Shown: one piece after another, positions 30,790 to 34,146 of the stretch
Layout of the letters: every line of letters starts with the position of its first letter
Numbering within the stretch: the stretch's first letter is position 1
IMG/VR virus record: IMGVR_UViG_3300045988_032262
Source of the DNA: a virus
Strand: one strand, 5' to 3'
Length of the DNA: 34,146 nucleotides
Program-made: the position numbers and the translations under genes
Notes under the pieces: model-generated
What the model saw: only the letters and a program-made list of their open reading frames with translations
The model's database searches: none
What the model was told of the DNA's origin: nothing

Positions 30790-31444
30790 CATTAAAGGCT
30801 ATATAGTAAGCAATGACGATAGGGAATTCTATGATTTCTATGGCATGACCAGTACCTATCCCAAGATGGTACAAGATGCCATTGCTAACGATGAAGATGA
30901 AGAAATTACGCTTAATATTGCTTCAAACGGCGGTGATGTGTTCGCAGCTAGTGAAATCTATACTATGCTTCGAGACAGTGGCAAGCGTATTGTAGTTAAT
31001 ATACAAGGCTTAGCAGCGTCTGCTGCTTCCGTCATATCAATGGCAGGCAATACCGTTCGCATTAGTCCAACGGCGCATATCATGATTCATAAAGCATCTA
31101 GCGGTTTCGTTGGGAACAGCGATGACATGGAACATCAATCAGTAGTATTGAATAGCATTGACGAGTCTATCGCTTTGGCTTACGAGATGAAAACTGGTCT
31201 TAAACAATCAGAATTATTAGAGCTTATGGCAAAAGAAACATGGCTTAATGCCAAAACTGCTGTTGATAAAGGCTTTGCAGATGAAATTATGTTCTTTGGT
31301 GACGATGAAGAACAAATCATGGTTACTAACGCTGTACATCAGATGCCAAGCAAATCAGCAATCAATAAATTTAAAAATATGATTGCTAAACCTAAAACCA
31401 ATTCTTTGCGTGAGCAAAAATTGAAAATTTTACTTGAAAAATGA
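30776..31444 (+). CDS. ClpP-like prohead maturation protease (222 aa)
   Basis: Motif: LNIASNGGDVFAASEIYTMLR...GLAASAASVISMAG...IMIHKAS (serine protease S14 type). Confidence 0.85.
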   Translation: MGKIDIKGYIVSNDDREFYDFYGMTSTYPKMVQDAIANDEDEEITLNIASNGGDVFAASEIYTMLRDSGKRIVVNIQGLAASAASVISMAGNTVRISPTAHIMIHKASSGFVGNSDDMEHQSVVLNSIDESIALAYEMKTGLKQSELLELMAKETWLNAKTAVDKGFADEIMFFGDDEEQIMVTNAVHQMPSKSAINKFKNMIAKPKTNSLREQKLKILLEK

Positions 31445-31458
31445 AAGGAAAATAATTA

Positions 31459-32652
31459 ATGAAAACATCAAACGAATTGCATGACCTTTGGGTTGCTCAA
31501 GGCGACAAGGTCGAAAACTTGAATGAGAAACTTAACGTAGCTATGCTTGACGATTCAGTTACTGCTGAAGAGTTGCAAAAAATCAAAAATGAACGTGACA
31601 CTGCCAAAATGAAACGTGATATGTTCAAAGAACAGTATACAGAGGCTCGTGCTAATGAAGTAGTTAATATGTCCGAAGAAGATAAAAAACCTTTGACTGA
31701 AAATGAAGAAGAAGTTAAAGCTAATTTTGTTAAAGACTTCAAAAACCTAGTCCGTGGTCGCTACCAAAACTTGCTTGACTCTAAAACAGACCATTCTGGT
31801 TCTGATGCAGGTTTGACTATTCCTCAAGATATTCGCACAGCTATCAATACATTGGTTCGTCAATACGATTCATTGCAAGAGTATGTAAATGTTGAGAACG
31901 TAACTACTCTTACTGGTTCACGTGTTTATGAAAAATGGACTGATATTACAGGTCTTGCTAATATTGATGATGAAGCAGGTAAAATTGCTGATATTGATGA
32001 TCCAAAACTTTCTCTTATCAAATACACTATCAAGCGCTATGCTGGTATCTCAACAGTTACTAACAGCTTGCTTGCTGACTCTGCTGAAAATATCCTTGCA
32101 TGGTTGTCTGGTTGGATTGCTAAAAAAGTTGTGGTTACTCGTAACAAGGCAATCTTGGGTGTTGTTGACAAACTCCCAACTAAACCAACATTGACTAAAT
32201 GGGACGATATTATTGACCTTGAAGCTAAAGTTGACCCAGCAATCAAACAAACTTCATTCTTCTTGACTAACACTTCAGGCTTTACAGCTCTTAAAAAAGT
32301 CAAAAATGCTTTGGGTGACTACCTCATGGAACGTGATGTAAAATCACCAACTGGATATTCAATCAATGGTTTTGCAGTTAAAGAAATTTCTGACCGCTGG
32401 CTTCCTAACGCTTCATCAGGAGTTATGCCGCTTTACTTTGGTGACTTGAAACAAGCGGTAACATTGTTTGACCGTCAACAAATGTCATTGCTATCTACCA
32501 ATATTGGTGGTGGTGCGTTTGAAACTGACACTACTAAAGTACGTGTTATTGACCGTTTTGATGTAGTAGCAACTGATACAGAAGCATTTGTGCCAGCATC
32601 ATTTAAAGCTATTGCTGACCAAAAAGGTAACATTGGTTCAACAGCAGTCTAA
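31459..32652 (+). CDS. Major capsid protein, HK97 fold (397 aa)
   Basis: It follows the protease gene and has an N-terminal coiled-coil delta-like region. Its size matches Sfi21-type capsid proteins (from recall). Confidence 0.85.
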   Translation: MKTSNELHDLWVAQGDKVENLNEKLNVAMLDDSVTAEELQKIKNERDTAKMKRDMFKEQYTEARANEVVNMSEEDKKPLTENEEEVKANFVKDFKNLVRGRYQNLLDSKTDHSGSDAGLTIPQDIRTAINTLVRQYDSLQEYVNVENVTTLTGSRVYEKWTDITGLANIDDEAGKIADIDDPKLSLIKYTIKRYAGISTVTNSLLADSAENILAWLSGWIAKKVVVTRNKAILGVVDKLPTKPTLTKWDDIIDLEAKVDPAIKQTSFFLTNTSGFTALKKVKNALGDYLMERDVKSPTGYSINGFAVKEISDRWLPNASSGVMPLYFGDLKQAVTLFDRQQMSLLSTNIGGGAFETDTTKVRVIDRFDVVATDTEAFVPASFKAIADQKGNIGSTAV

Positions 32653-32666
32653 TTAGGAGGTAAGCT

Positions 32667-32981
32667 ATGAGTGTATCTAAGGAAACTATCATGCAGACTC
32701 TGAATCTGGATGAGACAGACGACACGGCACTCATCCCAGCTTACATTGAATCAGCTCGACAGTACGTCGTTAATTCAGTCGGGGATGATCCAAAATTTTA
32801 CAACCTCGACAGTGTGAGAGCTTTGTTTGATACGGCTGTAATAGCCCTAACAAGCTCATATTTCACGTATAGAGTGGCATTGACAGATACGGAAACATAT
32901 CCTGTTAATCTAACGCTAAACAGCATAATCGGGCAGTTAAGGGGGCTGTACGCAACTTATAGCGAGGAAAGAGGTGACTAA
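32667..32981 (+). CDS. Head-tail connector (gp6-like)
   Basis: AGGAGG RBS, and the position immediately after the capsid gene. Confidence 0.6.
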   Translation: MSVSKETIMQTLNLDETDDTALIPAYIESARQYVVNSVGDDPKFYNLDSVRALFDTAVIALTSSYFTYRVALTDTETYPVNLTLNSIIGQLRGLYATYSEERGD

Positions 32982-33331
32982 TGGCTAGAGTTAGATATTT
33001 ACCCTCAGACTTTCGTTATAAAGCAGATTTTGGGACATATCAAAGCGCACCCAACAAATTCACTGGAGTGAGTGTGCCAAAGTTCGTGAAACAATTTACG
33101 CTTCATTACAAGCCACACACTAGAACGCTCAATCAAGAGTATTTGGCTCAACAAAATGGCGAAAGTGATACAATAGTTATCGTCATCCGCCACAATGCAA
33201 AAGTATTAGAAGGTCAAGTTGTCACTTTAAACGGCACTCAATATGACATCGTGCGTATCAGTGCAGACGAAAACTTTGGTTTTAACCACTACGACTTTCT
33301 GACACTTAGAAAGCACAAGAAAGTTGGGTGA
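32981..33331 (+). CDS. Head closure / head-tail adaptor protein
   Basis: ATG overlaps the upstream stop (TAATG). The call rests on conserved order. Confidence 0.55.
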   Translation: MARVRYLPSDFRYKADFGTYQSAPNKFTGVSVPKFVKQFTLHYKPHTRTLNQEYLAQQNGESDTIVIVIRHNAKVLEGQVVTLNGTQYDIVRISADENFGFNHYDFLTLRKHKKVG

Positions 33332-33337
33332 TAGCTT

Positions 33338-33760
33338 ATGACAGGTCTTGACGAAGCGTTAGAGGGTTGGCTTAAAACAGTGGCTAGTATTGGTGATTTA
33401 ACACCAGCGGAACAAGCAAAGATTACAACCGCTGGTGCTAAGGTGTTTAAAGAAGAGTTGGCAGAAGTTACTCGTCAGAAACACTACTCAAACAAGAAAC
33501 ATTTGAAGTATGGGCACATGGCTGACGGTTTATCTGTCCAATCCACAAACGTGGATGGTAGAAAAAATGGTGTGTCAACTGTGGGGTGGGTGAATAGGTA
33601 CCACGCCCAAAACGCTAGACGATTAAATGACGGCACTAAGAAATATCGTGCTGATCATTTCGTCACTAATGTACAAAACGATAGCGCTGTCCAAACTAAG
33701 GTGCTATTGGCAGAAAAAGAGGAATATGAGAAACTTATCCGCAAGAAGGGAGGGGAGTAA
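33338..33760 (+). CDS. HK97 gp10-family neck/tail-completion protein
   Basis: Conserved order, and the segment KHYSNKKHLKYGHMADGL resembles the gp10 family (from recall). Confidence 0.5.
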   Translation: MTGLDEALEGWLKTVASIGDLTPAEQAKITTAGAKVFKEELAEVTRQKHYSNKKHLKYGHMADGLSVQSTNVDGRKNGVSTVGWVNRYHAQNARRLNDGTKKYRADHFVTNVQNDSAVQTKVLLAEKEEYEKLIRKKGGE

Positions 33761-33764
33761 TTAA

Positions 33765-34136
33765 GTGTTAGCAACCGTAAAATTAAAAGAGTTAATTGAG
33801 GGTAAAGGATTTGGTGAAATAAGCGAAGTATATGCAAACAACTTACCTAAAGAGCTCGAAGATAACACCGATAAGACAATCGTGTTGCTCACCGAAAGCA
33901 ACCCATCACTTGATTTAAGCGGAAATAATACCTTTTTCAAAAAAATAGATAGAGTAGAAGTACAGATTTTTTATAAACTCGATATTGATTTTGATATTGA
34001 AGCTTTCGAGATGGAATTGATAAAATTCTTAAAATCTGAACACTACTCAATAATAGATATAAGAGAACATAGCATAGACCCTGATACTTTACAGTTAACA
34101 GCGGTCTTTTTTGTTGCTTTCGATAGATTTATTTAA
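33765..34136 (+). CDS. Tail terminator / tail-completion protein
   Basis: GTG start after GGGAGGGGAG. It is the last gene before the major tail protein once the window is circularised. Its 3' end is duplicated at 1..107. Confidence 0.5.
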   Translation: MLATVKLKELIEGKGFGEISEVYANNLPKELEDNTDKTIVLLTESNPSLDLSGNNTFFKKIDRVEVQIFYKLDIDFDIEAFEMELIKFLKSEHYSIIDIREHSIDPDTLQLTAVFFVAFDRFI

Positions 34137-34146
34137 CAAAAAAAAG
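34028..34146. repeat. Right copy of the 119-bp terminal redundancy
   Basis: Identical to 1..119. Confidence 0.95.

Noticed and set aside
1-34146. A search for reverse transcriptase/DGR, retron, toxin-antitoxin pairs, and known AcrIIA5/AcrIIA6-like sequences
   Set aside because: No RT motifs (YxDD) appear in any substantial ORF, and there are no template/variable repeat pairs near the tail-fibre genes. The RHH gene has no toxin partner. No ORF resembles my recollection of AcrIIA5 or AcrIIA6. These absences come from reading by eye, not from database searches.

Overview
This window looks like a complete, circularly closed assembly of one tailed phage. There are about 34,027 bp of unique sequence, plus a 119-bp overlap (1..119 is identical to 34028..34146). 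Gene order, product sizes and protein sequences match what I remember of virulent cos-type Streptococcus thermophilus Sfi21/DT1-like siphophages (Moineauvirus type). That identification is from recall, not from a search.

Every convincing gene but one is on the + strand. The layout, wrapped across the window ends, is:
- **Tail and lysis (132..14534):** major tail protein, tail chaperone with a CCCAAAA -1 frameshift, a 1594-aa tape measure carrying CHAP and lytic transglycosylase domains, Dit, Tal/antireceptor, a baseplate/RBP protein, two holin-like genes and the endolysin.
- **Early region (14535..16217):** no integrase or CI is present. It holds consensus promoters and two small HTH genes.
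- **Replication module (16407..22055):** it is interrupted by a NUMOD4-HNH endonuclease. The other genes are a Sak4-like ATPase, a helicase, a DUF669 SSB-like protein, a PrimPol domain protein and a P4/D5-type primase-helicase.
- **Putative origin (22043..22308):** a repeat-rich region.
- **Accessory early genes (22309..24465):** a VRR-NUC nuclease and an HTH-MazG fusion, among others.
- **Late and packaging genes (24733..34136):** a sigma-r4-like late regulator, then HNH, a candidate cos region, terS, an insertion, terL, portal, ClpP-like protease, HK97-type capsid and the head-tail joining genes.

I found no tRNA, rRNA or CRISPR array.

The most interesting locus is a 1.16-kb cassette that splits terS from terL. 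It carries an unannotated minus-strand ribbon-helix-helix gene. That gene is transcribed divergently, from back-to-back promoters set in repeats, from a 302-aa protein with three Zn-ribbon repeats and a Vsr/DUF559-like nuclease domain.

Secondary points are the HTH-MazG fusion, the origin architecture, a second repeat-rich non-coding island (16218..16406), a tRNA T-arm-like fragment, shared TCAAG operator half-sites, and an SSB-tail mimic on the DUF669 protein.
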